In this document: positions 46,455 to 55,370 of the stretch, piece by piece
Layout of the letters: each line of letters opens with the position of its first letter
How positions within the stretch are numbered: the stretch's first letter is position 1
NCBI GenBank assembly: GCA_963715895.1
Contig: OY970284.1
Coordinates: forward strand, 4,771,892 to 4,835,891
Origin: Thermoanaerobaculia bacterium
Lineage (GTDB): Bacteria > Acidobacteriota > Thermoanaerobaculia > Gp7-AA8
DNA: 64,000 nucleotides
Reading direction: 5' to 3'
Position numbers and translations under genes: made by a program
The notes under the pieces: generated by a model
What the model was told of the DNA's origin: nothing
Databases searched by the model: none
What the model saw: only the letters and a program-made list of their open reading frames with translations

Positions 46455-49400
46455 TGAAACGGATAACGATCGCTCTCGCCGCAGTGCTCATCGTCACGCT
46501 GGCCGTGATCAGAATCCGCGCGCAGACATCCCCCGACCTCCCGCCGCTGATGCGCCAGACACAGGCCGAGGCCGATGCGAAGAGTGCCGGATGCCTCTCG
46601 TGTCATAACGGGATCGAACCGATGCACGCCTCGGCGGCGGTGAAGCTGGCCTGCACCGACTGCCACGGCGGCGACGGTTCGGCGCGGACGAAAGAGGCCG
46701 CGCATGTCAAGCCGCTCCATCCCGAGATCTGGAAGACCTCGGCCAATCCGCAGCGCAGCTACACCGCCCTTCTGAAAGAGACGCCGGAGTTCGTGAAGTT
46801 CGTCAATCCAGGCGACCTTCGCGTCTCGCAGGAGACCTGCGGCGGCTGCCATCAGCGCCAGGTCAACGCTGTACCGCGCAGCACCATGACGACGTCCGCC
46901 GTCTTCTGGGCCGCCGTCAGCTACGCCAACGGTCTCGTCAGCCGCAAGCAGGGACTCCTCGGCGAGAGCTACAACCGCGCCGGCAACGCCACGTCCATCA
47001 AACCGGCAACGCCGCCGACACCCGATCAGATCGCCAAAGGCGCGCTGCCGATCCTCGTCCCACTGCCGCGCTGGGAGGTCTTTCAGCCGGCCGAGTACTT
47101 CCGCGCTTTCGAGCGAGGCGGCATCTCGGGAAGCAGCTCCTTCCCGGATATCGGCAATCCCAGCCCCGAGGGGGAAGCGGGTAAGCCTGACATCCGCCTC
47201 GGCAACCGCGGACGCGGTACCGGCCTGCGCATCTCGCCCGCGCTCATCAATCTCAACAAGACGCGGCTCAACGATCCCCATCTCTCGTTCCTCGGCACGA
47301 ACGATCATCCAGGCGACTACCGCTCCTCCGGATGCACGGGATGCCACGTCGTCTACGCCAACGATCGCGATCCATTGCATTCCTCTAGCTACGCTCAGTA
47401 CGGCAACACCGGCCTCTCCATCACCGGCGACAAATCGATCCCGAAGAATGAGCAGGGACACCCGCTACGCCACCAGTTCACGCGCGCCGTACCAACGAGC
47501 CAGTGCATGACGTGTCACATGCATCAGCCGAACTCCTTCGTGAACACGTATCTCGGCTACACGATGTGGGACTACGAGTCAGACGCCGAGCTGCTCTGGC
47601 CGAAGAAACAGAAGTATCCGACCGAGGCCGAGAAGCGCGCCTCGCTCGACGCAAATCCAGAAGGCGCTGCGCCGAGGGGATTGTGGAGCGATGAGAAGTT
47701 CCTCGAAAACGTCTCCGGCCTCAATTCGCAGGCGAAGAACACCCAGTTCGCCGACTACCACGGGCACGGCTGGAACTTCATGGCCGTCTACAAACGCGAC
47801 CACAAAGGCAACCTGCTCGACGCCGACGGCAGAATCGTTTCGTTCGATGATCCCGCCAAGTTCAGCAAAGCCGTTCATCTGCAGGACATCCACCTCGAGA
47901 AAGGGATGCACTGCGCCGACTGCCACTTCTCGCAGGACGAGCACGGCAACGGCCAGATCTACGCCGAGTACGGCAACAACATCGAGATCGAATGCCAGGA
48001 CTGCCACGGCAACGTCGACGCCTACACCAACCTGCGCACCTCCGGCCCCGCCGCGCCGCCGGGAGGGACCGATCTTCGGCTCGGAACCACACCGTTCGGT
48101 CAACGCCGCTTCATCTGGGTCAACGGCAGGCTGTATCAGAGGTCGATGCTGAACCCCGGCATGCAGTGGGAAGTCATCCAGGTCAAAGACAGCATCACGC
48201 CCGGTAACGCGCATTACAACGAGCGCTCCGCGTATGCGAAGACGATCCAGCGCGACGGTACGACCTGGGGAACGTCATCCAGCGCGAATTTCGCCCACGC
48301 CGACGCCAGGATGACTTGCTATGCGTGCCACACCTCGTGGATGACCTCATGCTCCGGCTGCCATCTGCCGCAGGAGCAGAACGCCAAGACCGAGGTCCAT
48401 CACTACGAGGGGGGCGAGACGAGAAACTACGCCTCGTACAACCCCCAGGTCATCCGCACCGACGTCTTCATGCTTGGTGTCAACGGCACCACCAAAGGGC
48501 ATCGCCTAGCGCCCGTTCGGTCATCGTCCGCGCTCGTGATCAGCTCGACGAACGCATTGCGCGACCGCATCTACATCCAGCAGCCACCCATCTCCTCGCC
48601 CGGATATTCGAGCCAGGCCTTCAACGCCCACGTCCCGCACACCGTCCGCACCCGCGAAACGCAGGGGTGCGGAAGCTGCCACATCACCAAAGAGAACGAC
48701 AACAACGCCTGGCTCGCCCAGCTCCTGCTGCAAGGAACCAACTTCGTCAACTTCGTCGGCCGCTACGCCTACGTCGCGGAAGGAAAGGGCGGGTTCGAGG
48801 GCGTCTGCGTAACCGAGTGGGACGAGCCGCAGGCGGTCATCGGATCGTCGCTGCACAAGATCGTCTATCCCGACTACTACGCGAAGCACCAGGCCAACAA
48901 GCTGGAGCTGCAGACCGCGCACGAACATCACGGCGACTCGCGCTCACTGCAGATGCGCGGTGAGTTCATCTACAGCGCGAACGGCGAGGAAGGCTTCAGC
49001 GTCTACGACATCGCCAACATCGACAACAAAGACTTCTCCGAGCGCATCGTCTCCCAGCCGGTCTCCCCGCTAGGCCAGCGTACCTTCGTGAAGACGAAGT
49101 TCGCCTCGGCCGTGGCGCTGCCGACGACGATGCCGGTGGCCCCCACGCGCCAGACGCAGTTCATCAAGGAAAACGAAGAGCAGACGATTCACCCGCTGTA
49201 CAAATACGTCTACGTCGCCGACCGCGAAGAGGGGCTGATCCTCATCGACGTGACGACGCTGTCAGACGCCAATCCGTCGAACAACTTCCTCACGCGCGCC
49301 GTGACCTTCAATCCCGGCGGCGCGCTCAACGGTGCCCGATCGATCTACGTCGCCGGACGCTGGGTCTTCATCGGCGCAGCGGGTGGCTTGGTCATCGTCG

Positions 49401-50065
49401 ACGTCGACAAACCGCTCGAGCCGAGGATTGTCGCCACGATTCCTGAATTGAAGGATGCCACCGGCATCGGCGTGCAGTTCCGCTATGCCTTTGTCACCAC
49501 GCCGGAAGGATTGGCCAGCGTCGACATCACCGACCCGTCGCATCCGCGCGTGGCCGCGCGCCTGGCCGTTCCCGACGCCAGAAGCGTCTATGTCGCTCGC
49601 ACCTACGCCTACATCGGCGGAGGCGCCCGCGGGATGGTCATCGTCGACGTCGAGCACCCGGAGAAGCCGGCAATCCTCCCGTGGAGCGACGAGCTCCCGC
49701 ATGACGCCAACGACGTGAAAGTGGCCTCGACCAACGCATCGACCTTCGCGTACGTCGCCGACGGCAAGTACGGTCTCAAGGTCTACCAGTTCCTCTCCCC
49801 CGAATGGACGCCCGGATACGCCGGCTTCAGCCCGCGTCCCGAACCGCGCCTCGTCGCCACCCGCCGCACGCACGGCCCGGCGCTGGCGGTCTCGAAGGGC
49901 CTCGACCGCGACCGCGCCGTCGACGAAGGCGGCAATCAGGTTTCGATCTTCAACCGCATCGGCGCGCGCCCGATGACGCTCCCCGAGATGCAGCGGCTCT
50001 ACCTCCGCGACGGATCGCTCTACACCGTCAGCGAGACGCCGACTACGAAGCCGGTCACGAGGTGA
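46454..50065 (+). CDS. Secreted multihaem (about 10 CxxCH) c-type cytochrome fused to C-terminal LVIVD-repeat beta-propeller
   Basis: ATG overlaps OMP stop (ATGA); signal peptide. CxxCH motifs: CLSCH, CTDCH, CGGCH, CTGCH, CMTCH, CADCH, CQDCH, CYACH, CSGCH, CGSCH. C-terminal about 350 aa contain LVIVD-type repeats (LILIDVT, LVIVDVD, MVIVDVE, YAYIGGG). Confidence 0.85.
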   Translation: MKRITIALAAVLIVTLAVIRIRAQTSPDLPPLMRQTQAEADAKSAGCLSCHNGIEPMHASAAVKLACTDCHGGDGSARTKEAAHVKPLHPEIWKTSANPQRSYTALLKETPEFVKFVNPGDLRVSQETCGGCHQRQVNAVPRSTMTTSAVFWAAVSYANGLVSRKQGLLGESYNRAGNATSIKPATPPTPDQIAKGALPILVPLPRWEVFQPAEYFRAFERGGISGSSSFPDIGNPSPEGEAGKPDIRLGNRGRGTGLRISPALINLNKTRLNDPHLSFLGTNDHPGDYRSSGCTGCHVVYANDRDPLHSSSYAQYGNTGLSITGDKSIPKNEQGHPLRHQFTRAVPTSQCMTCHMHQPNSFVNTYLGYTMWDYESDAELLWPKKQKYPTEAEKRASLDANPEGAAPRGLWSDEKFLENVSGLNSQAKNTQFADYHGHGWNFMAVYKRDHKGNLLDADGRIVSFDDPAKFSKAVHLQDIHLEKGMHCADCHFSQDEHGNGQIYAEYGNNIEIECQDCHGNVDAYTNLRTSGPAAPPGGTDLRLGTTPFGQRRFIWVNGRLYQRSMLNPGMQWEVIQVKDSITPGNAHYNERSAYAKTIQRDGTTWGTSSSANFAHADARMTCYACHTSWMTSCSGCHLPQEQNAKTEVHHYEGGETRNYASYNPQVIRTDVFMLGVNGTTKGHRLAPVRSSSALVISSTNALRDRIYIQQPPISSPGYSSQAFNAHVPHTVRTRETQGCGSCHITKENDNNAWLAQLLLQGTNFVNFVGRYAYVAEGKGGFEGVCVTEWDEPQAVIGSSLHKIVYPDYYAKHQANKLELQTAHEHHGDSRSLQMRGEFIYSANGEEGFSVYDIANIDNKDFSERIVSQPVSPLGQRTFVKTKFASAVALPTTMPVAPTRQTQFIKENEEQTIHPLYKYVYVADREEGLILIDVTTLSDANPSNNFLTRAVTFNPGGALNGARSIYVAGRWVFIGAAGGLVIVDVDKPLEPRIVATIPELKDATGIGVQFRYAFVTTPEGLASVDITDPSHPRVAARLAVPDARSVYVARTYAYIGGGARGMVIVDVEHPEKPAILPWSDELPHDANDVKVASTNASTFAYVADGKYGLKVYQFLSPEWTPGYAGFSPRPEPRLVATRRTHGPALAVSKGLDRDRAVDEGGNQVSIFNRIGARPMTLPEMQRLYLRDGSLYTVSETPTTKPVTR

Positions 50066-51420
50066 TGACGATGAAGCGAATGAAACGAATGATGATTCTC
50101 TTCGTGCTGATGACCGCGGCCGCTGCGATCGCGCAGCAACCGAGCAACCCGGCAACCCAGCAACCTCAAACCCCAGCCCCGATGCAACCACCGTCTGTTC
50201 CCAACCACTACGACGGCGTCGCCTCCTGCGCCAACTCCGGCTGCCACGGCTCGACCCAGCCGCTCAACGCCGCGCACGTCCTGCAGAACGAGTACTACAC
50301 GTGGCTGAGCAAAGATCGCCACGCGCAGGCCTACAACGTCCTCTTCAGCGACCGCTCGGCGCGCGTCGCGCGCAACATGCGCCTCAAAGGAAAGGCTTAT
50401 CAGGAGACCGTCTGCCTCGATTGTCACACTACGAACGTCCCCGCGCGCCTGGTCTCCGGCAAAATGGACGTCGAAGACGGCGTCCAGTGCGAAGCCTGCC
50501 ATGGCCCCGCCAGCGGCTGGCGCGCCGAGCACACGCAGGCCGGCTGGACGCACGAGCAGTCGGTGGCGCGCGGGATGACCGACCTCCGAAACCTCCCCGT
50601 CCGTGCCTCGGGCTGCCTCTCCTGTCACCTCGGCAACGACAAGAAGGAAGTCGATCACGAGCTGATCGCCTCCGGCCATCCCATCCTCGCCTTCGAGCTC
50701 GACAACTACACCGAGACGATGCCGCCCCACTGGCGCCGAGACAAAGACGCCGTGGCCGCCGACACCCACGGCGCGCGTGCCTTCGCCGTCGGCCAGGCCG
50801 CCGCATTCAGCCAATCGCTCGACAATCTGGCCCGCCACGCCCGCGGCGATAAGTGGCCGGAGTTCTCCGACATGAGCTGCATCAACTGCCACCATTCGCT
50901 CGAGGGCAGCGGATGGCGTCAGGAGCGCGGCTGGCCCGGCCGGGCCGGCCTCCCTGCGTGGAGCCCGCAGCATTGGGCCGTCCTCCGTCTCCTGGTCGGG
51001 CGCGCCAATCCTTCCGCACGCGCGACGCTCGACAACGCCGTGGAGATCCTCGCCGTACGCGTCTCACGGATGAACGACTCCAACGGCGTTCTGCAGGCAG
51101 CCAACGAAGCCCGCCGCACCATCGACAGCGTCACGCCGCAGATCGCCGCCCTGAGCTGGCGCGATGACGATGTCCGCTCCATGATGCGCACTATCGCCGG
51201 CGACACCGACTTCCTCCTCAATTCCGACGTCCACTCCGCCGAGCAGACCGCGCTGGCGCTGCAGAGCCTTGCCTCCGCCCTCACCCGAAGCAACCCGCGC
51301 CTGCTCAAGAGCCCGATGACCGAAGCGATCGATGCTCTCTTCGAAGAGGTCAAGAGCCGCGAACGCTACGAACCGTCACGATTCGTGCAGAAGCTGGCGG
51401 CGGTGCGGGCGGCGTTGTAG
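50065..51420 (+). CDS. Secreted pentahaem c-type cytochrome (4x CxxCH + 1x CX4CH)
   Basis: ATG overlapping upstream stop (TGATGA); signal peptide (MKRMMILFVLMTAAAAIAQQ); haem motifs CANSGCH (CX4CH), CLDCH, CEACH, CLSCH, CINCH. Confidence 0.8.
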   Translation: MTMKRMKRMMILFVLMTAAAAIAQQPSNPATQQPQTPAPMQPPSVPNHYDGVASCANSGCHGSTQPLNAAHVLQNEYYTWLSKDRHAQAYNVLFSDRSARVARNMRLKGKAYQETVCLDCHTTNVPARLVSGKMDVEDGVQCEACHGPASGWRAEHTQAGWTHEQSVARGMTDLRNLPVRASGCLSCHLGNDKKEVDHELIASGHPILAFELDNYTETMPPHWRRDKDAVAADTHGARAFAVGQAAAFSQSLDNLARHARGDKWPEFSDMSCINCHHSLEGSGWRQERGWPGRAGLPAWSPQHWAVLRLLVGRANPSARATLDNAVEILAVRVSRMNDSNGVLQAANEARRTIDSVTPQIAALSWRDDDVRSMMRTIAGDTDFLLNSDVHSAEQTALALQSLASALTRSNPRLLKSPMTEAIDALFEEVKSRERYEPSRFVQKLAAVRAAL

Positions 51421-51515
51421 CCGCTTTGAGCGGCGATGGGAACCGATGCGTTACTAACCATTTCTGCCTCTTTTCTTCTGGCAAATACCGAGGTACCCTC
51501 GGTTGAGAGGCAGCC

Positions 51516-51725
51516 ATGAAAGAGCTCAAAGTCAAAGTCATTGTCATGGATGACGGCAGAATCGTCATCGATGATATCCCTGTGACCCAGGGCCAGCAGA
51601 TCGAGGTCACGATCGCGATCGAGGATCCCGTGTTGCCGAGATTTCCGCTTCGGGGCCTTCCCTTCCGGCTCGACGATCCGTTTGGTCCGGCCGTTGACCC
51701 ATCGGAGTGGAACGTTTTGAAGTGA
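51516..51725 (+). CDS. VapB-like (AbrB/SpoVT-type) antitoxin
   Basis: 69 aa; MKELKVKVIVMDDGRIVIDDIPVTQGQQIEVTI; directly upstream of and overlapping the PIN-domain gene. Confidence 0.6.
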   Translation: MKELKVKVIVMDDGRIVIDDIPVTQGQQIEVTIAIEDPVLPRFPLRGLPFRLDDPFGPAVDPSEWNVLK

Positions 51726-52132
51726 TTCTGCTGGACACGCATGTCTGGGTCTGGTGGGTTCACGGCGATCCGATACCATTCGAATTGAGTCAGGCCATCG
51801 AGTTGAGGGAGCACGAGGGGTTTGCCGTGAGTGCGATCTCCTGCTGGGAGGTCGCCAAACTCGTCGAGTACGGCCGACTGAAACTGCCGGTTTATATCGA
51901 CGACTGGTTCGATCAGGCACTCGGAGAATCCGGCATACGCCTGATTCCTCTCACACCACGCATCGCTACCGAAAGCGCCTCCCTGCCTGGAGACTTTCAT
52001 CGCGACCCGGCGGATCAAATCATCGTCGCGACCGCGCGCATCCTCAAACTCCCTCTCGCAACCTGCGATGAGAAGATCAGCCAGTATCCCTATGTGGACC
52101 TTCTCCAGGGTATGCAGATCAACGATCGCTGA
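51707..52132 (+). CDS. VapC PIN-domain ribonuclease toxin
   Basis: GTG start; acidic PIN residues in ILLDTHVWVWW ... DPADQIIVATA ... CDEK context. Confidence 0.8.
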   Translation: MERFEVILLDTHVWVWWVHGDPIPFELSQAIELREHEGFAVSAISCWEVAKLVEYGRLKLPVYIDDWFDQALGESGIRLIPLTPRIATESASLPGDFHRDPADQIIVATARILKLPLATCDEKISQYPYVDLLQGMQINDR

Positions 52133-52168
52133 GCGCTTCCGAGTACAGAAATTGCAGTAAGCGCCGGC

Positions 52169-52762
52169 ATGACGACAAAGACGTACGCCATAGCCTCGTT
52201 CGCGCTTCTTTTTGCAATCACATCTGCCGGCCCCGCAATGGCCCGCACCATCGTTCTTCCCGCGGGGACGCCGATCCGATTCAAGCTCCTGCGAACGATC
52301 TCCACCGCCACGGCAAAAAGCGGCCAGTCGGTACCGGCTGAATTGACGGCTCCGATCGTCATCAACGGCAACACCGTAGCCAGCGCGGGCGCGCCAGCCG
52401 TCGTTCACATCCGAAGCGTCGAAGCCTCGGGACGGATCGGCGGATCGGCCAGTCTCAACTTCTCTCTCAGCTCGATCAGGCTCGCCAACGGCAGCACCGT
52501 CGCCGTTCGAACATCGCACTACGCACGCGAGGGGAAAGCGCACGCCAAGCACAACGCCACCGTCATCGCTGCCGGTGGAATCCTCGGGGCGCTTGCCGGT
52601 CAGGCCATCGGCCACGATCGCGATGCCACAGCGAAAGGAGCCGCCATCGGAGCCGGCGTCGGGATCGCCGGGGCCGCCGCCACCGGCAAGTTCGACTTCC
52701 AGGTCCCGGCCGGAAGCCACTTCCGCCTGACCCTGAGGTCGCCCGTCCAGGCGACATTCTGA
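52169..52762 (+). CDS. Secreted protein with C-terminal glycine-zipper segment
   Basis: Signal peptide (AIASFALLFAITSAGPAMA); beta-rich N-domain; C-terminal GxxxG-rich stretch (AAGGILGALAGQAIG...GAAIGAGVGIAGAAATG). Confidence 0.5.
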   Translation: MTTKTYAIASFALLFAITSAGPAMARTIVLPAGTPIRFKLLRTISTATAKSGQSVPAELTAPIVINGNTVASAGAPAVVHIRSVEASGRIGGSASLNFSLSSIRLANGSTVAVRTSHYAREGKAHAKHNATVIAAGGILGALAGQAIGHDRDATAKGAAIGAGVGIAGAAATGKFDFQVPAGSHFRLTLRSPVQATF

Positions 52763-52805
52763 GGCGGCACCTAAACGCGGCGCCATCCGCGTCGTCTGAT
52801 CGTTG

Positions 52806-53615
52806 ATGGCCCGCCACCCACCCTCCCTCGCCGGAATCGCGGCGGCGCTGCTGGTACTGGCGCTGCTCTTCGGTATCATCGAGCGCATCGCGCCGGCGAT
52901 CCGAGGATCGTCGATCTGGCGATGGCACCGCCGGATCGATTTCCTCTACTGGTTCTTTACGCCCATGGTCACACGGACCGTGTCCACGATCGCCGTCGCC
53001 GCGACCGCCTTCGCGGTCATAGCCATGACGGGACGCGCCGGCCTGCTGCACGGCGCCGTGGCGGGCCAACCGCGTCTCGTGCAACTGCTCGGGCTTCTGC
53101 TCCTGGCTGATCTCGCCGGCTACTGGAGCCACCGGGCCTTTCACAAACAGCCGCTCTGGCGCATTCACGCCATCCATCACAGCTCGACGGATCTCGACTG
53201 GCTGGCTGCCTCCCGCGTTCATCCCCTCAACGAGATCCTCACCCGCTCCGTTCAGGTGATCCCATTCCTGCTCCTCGGCTTCCGCGGCGACGTCGTCGCA
53301 GGTCTCGTCCCTCTGCTCACGCTCTACGCCATCTTCCTCCATGCCAACGTGACATGGGACTTCGGCCCGCTTCGCTATCTTCTTGCCAGTCCCGCGTTCC
53401 ATCGCTGGCATCACACCTCGGAGGAAGCAGGCCTCGACCATAATTTCGCCGGCATGTTCCCCTGGCTGGACCTCCTCTTCGGGACGCTCCACCTCCCGAA
53501 AGGAAAACAGCCAACGACATTCGGCGTGGCCGGCGATGTGGTTCCGGCGACGTTCCTGGGGCAATTGCTCTACCCTCTGCGCCCCGCGCAACGCGAACGC
53601 GCCCGACCGGCGTAA
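52806..53615 (+). CDS. Sterol desaturase / fatty-acid hydroxylase superfamily membrane enzyme
   Basis: Histidine boxes HRAFH, HAIHH and HRWHH in a 4-TM context; TTG at 52803 is an alternative start. Confidence 0.85.
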   Translation: MARHPPSLAGIAAALLVLALLFGIIERIAPAIRGSSIWRWHRRIDFLYWFFTPMVTRTVSTIAVAATAFAVIAMTGRAGLLHGAVAGQPRLVQLLGLLLLADLAGYWSHRAFHKQPLWRIHAIHHSSTDLDWLAASRVHPLNEILTRSVQVIPFLLLGFRGDVVAGLVPLLTLYAIFLHANVTWDFGPLRYLLASPAFHRWHHTSEEAGLDHNFAGMFPWLDLLFGTLHLPKGKQPTTFGVAGDVVPATFLGQLLYPLRPAQRERARPA

Positions 53616-53888
53616 CCGGGCGCCCCTCGGCGCTCGACCGTCCCGATTCTCCAACCGCACGACTGCCAAACTGAACGACTCGCATTGTTGTCATTTTTGG
53701 TGGTGTGGGTTTCCGCTAATCCCAACACTCCTTAACTAATAAGACACCGATCGGCATTAGTTCCGTGACAACGGATGGGGCTGCTCGACGGCTCCTTCCG
53801 CTCTTCCATTGGCGTACCCCAGGCGAAGGGTCGCGTCGGCCTTTCGCTTCGTTTTCGTCTTTCTCTCAACCTTTTTGGAGGAGATGCC

Positions 53889-55301
53889 ATGACCACCAGA
53901 CGAGTCATCCCGGTCGCGTTGTTTCTCTCGTTATTCGTTGTCCTTCAGGTATTTGCGCAGACAGATCCAGGGGTCCGCGGTGGAGGAGCGGCCGCCGGAT
54001 CGCCGCTCACTTCCGTCGCTGCCAATAGTCCCGTCACGATCCTCGACTTCTTCAACGATGGCAAGTCCCGGTTCCAGGAGATCGACTCGGTCCAGGGAAC
54101 GATCAGTGGCGAGAACGGCGTAGGCCTTGGACCGCGCTTCAACTCGCGGAGTTGCGCGGCATGCCACGCCCAGCCGGCCGTGGGCGGAACTGCTCCGGCC
54201 ACGAATCCTCAGGTCGGCGACGCCACCGCTCACGGGGCACAAAACACCGTTCCATCGTTCATCACCTCGACCGGGCCGGTGCGCGAGGCAAGGTTCGTCT
54301 ATTTCACGAACCCGAACGGCACTCCCAACACCAACGCCCCGAATGGCGGCGTGGAGGATCTCTACACGATCACCGGCCGCACCGACGCCGGCCCCTGCTC
54401 CATCCAGCAGCCCAGCTTCGCAACGCAGTTGTCCAACAACAACGTCATCTTCCGCGTCCCAACGCCGACCTTCGGCACCGGTCTGATCGAGACCATCGCG
54501 GACGAGACACTGCTCGTCAACCAGCAGAACGCCTTCAACAATAACCAGGGCATCACGGGCACGTTCAACCACAACGGCAACGACGGTACGATCAGCCGTT
54601 TCGGATGGAAGGCGCAGAACAAGTCGCTGGAGCTCTTCACCGGAGAGGCCTATAACGTCGAGCAGGGCGTCACGAACGAGATCTTCCCGCAGGAGCGGCC
54701 GTTGCCAGGCGAGGACATGGGCATCATCGGCGGTCAGTCAACGACGAACGGTCTCCCCGCGAACTGCCGAGGGAATGCCACCCCGGAGGATCACACCAAC
54801 TTCAATACGACGGCCATCGGCACGCTGAGCGACCTCGCCCAGTTCGCGATGTTCATGCGTTTGCTGGCTCCGCCGACACCCTCAACCACGGTACCGGGCG
54901 GTGCCACCTCGATCACCAACGGCCGCAACCTCTTCATCTCCATCGGCTGCGCCATCTGCCACACGACGACCCTCACCACCGGGACGTCCTCATTTACTTC
55001 CAGTCTCAGCAACGCTTCCGCGAACCTCTACAGCGATCTCGAGATTCACCACATGGGAACCACGCTTGCCGACAACGTCTCCCAGGGCGGCGCCGGCGGC
55101 GACCAGTTCCGCTCCGCGCCGCTGTGGGGAGCCGGACAGCGCATCTTCTTCCTGCATGATGGGCGGACCAAGGACATCCAGGCCGCCATCCTTGCGCATA
55201 ACGCCAGCGGCTCCGAGGCCAACGGGCCGTCCTATACGTTCTTCGTCAACCTCAGTACCGGGCAGCGGCAGGACATCCTCAACTTCCTGAGATCTCTCTA
55301 A
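53889..55301 (+). CDS. DUF1111-family di-haem (2x CxxCH) putative peroxidase/oxidoreductase
   Basis: ATG at 53889 after GGAGGAG RBS; signal peptide; CAACH and CAICH motifs; RFGWKAQ block characteristic of the DUF1111 di-haem family. Confidence 0.75.
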   Translation: MTTRRVIPVALFLSLFVVLQVFAQTDPGVRGGGAAAGSPLTSVAANSPVTILDFFNDGKSRFQEIDSVQGTISGENGVGLGPRFNSRSCAACHAQPAVGGTAPATNPQVGDATAHGAQNTVPSFITSTGPVREARFVYFTNPNGTPNTNAPNGGVEDLYTITGRTDAGPCSIQQPSFATQLSNNNVIFRVPTPTFGTGLIETIADETLLVNQQNAFNNNQGITGTFNHNGNDGTISRFGWKAQNKSLELFTGEAYNVEQGVTNEIFPQERPLPGEDMGIIGGQSTTNGLPANCRGNATPEDHTNFNTTAIGTLSDLAQFAMFMRLLAPPTPSTTVPGGATSITNGRNLFISIGCAICHTTTLTTGTSSFTSSLSNASANLYSDLEIHHMGTTLADNVSQGGAGGDQFRSAPLWGAGQRIFFLHDGRTKDIQAAILAHNASGSEANGPSYTFFVNLSTGQRQDILNFLRSL

Positions 55302-55321
55302 CCGCGGTGGTTTACTAAGCC

Positions 55322-55357
55322 GGCCGCTGACGCGAACGCGTCAGCGGCCGGCTTCTC
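55322..55357 (+). terminator. Hairpin after DUF1111 gene (weak T-tract)
   Basis: GCCGGCCGCTGACGCG-AACG-CGTCAGCGGCCGGC followed by TTCTCG. Confidence 0.4.
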
Positions 55358-55370
55358 GAAGGAGGTACAC

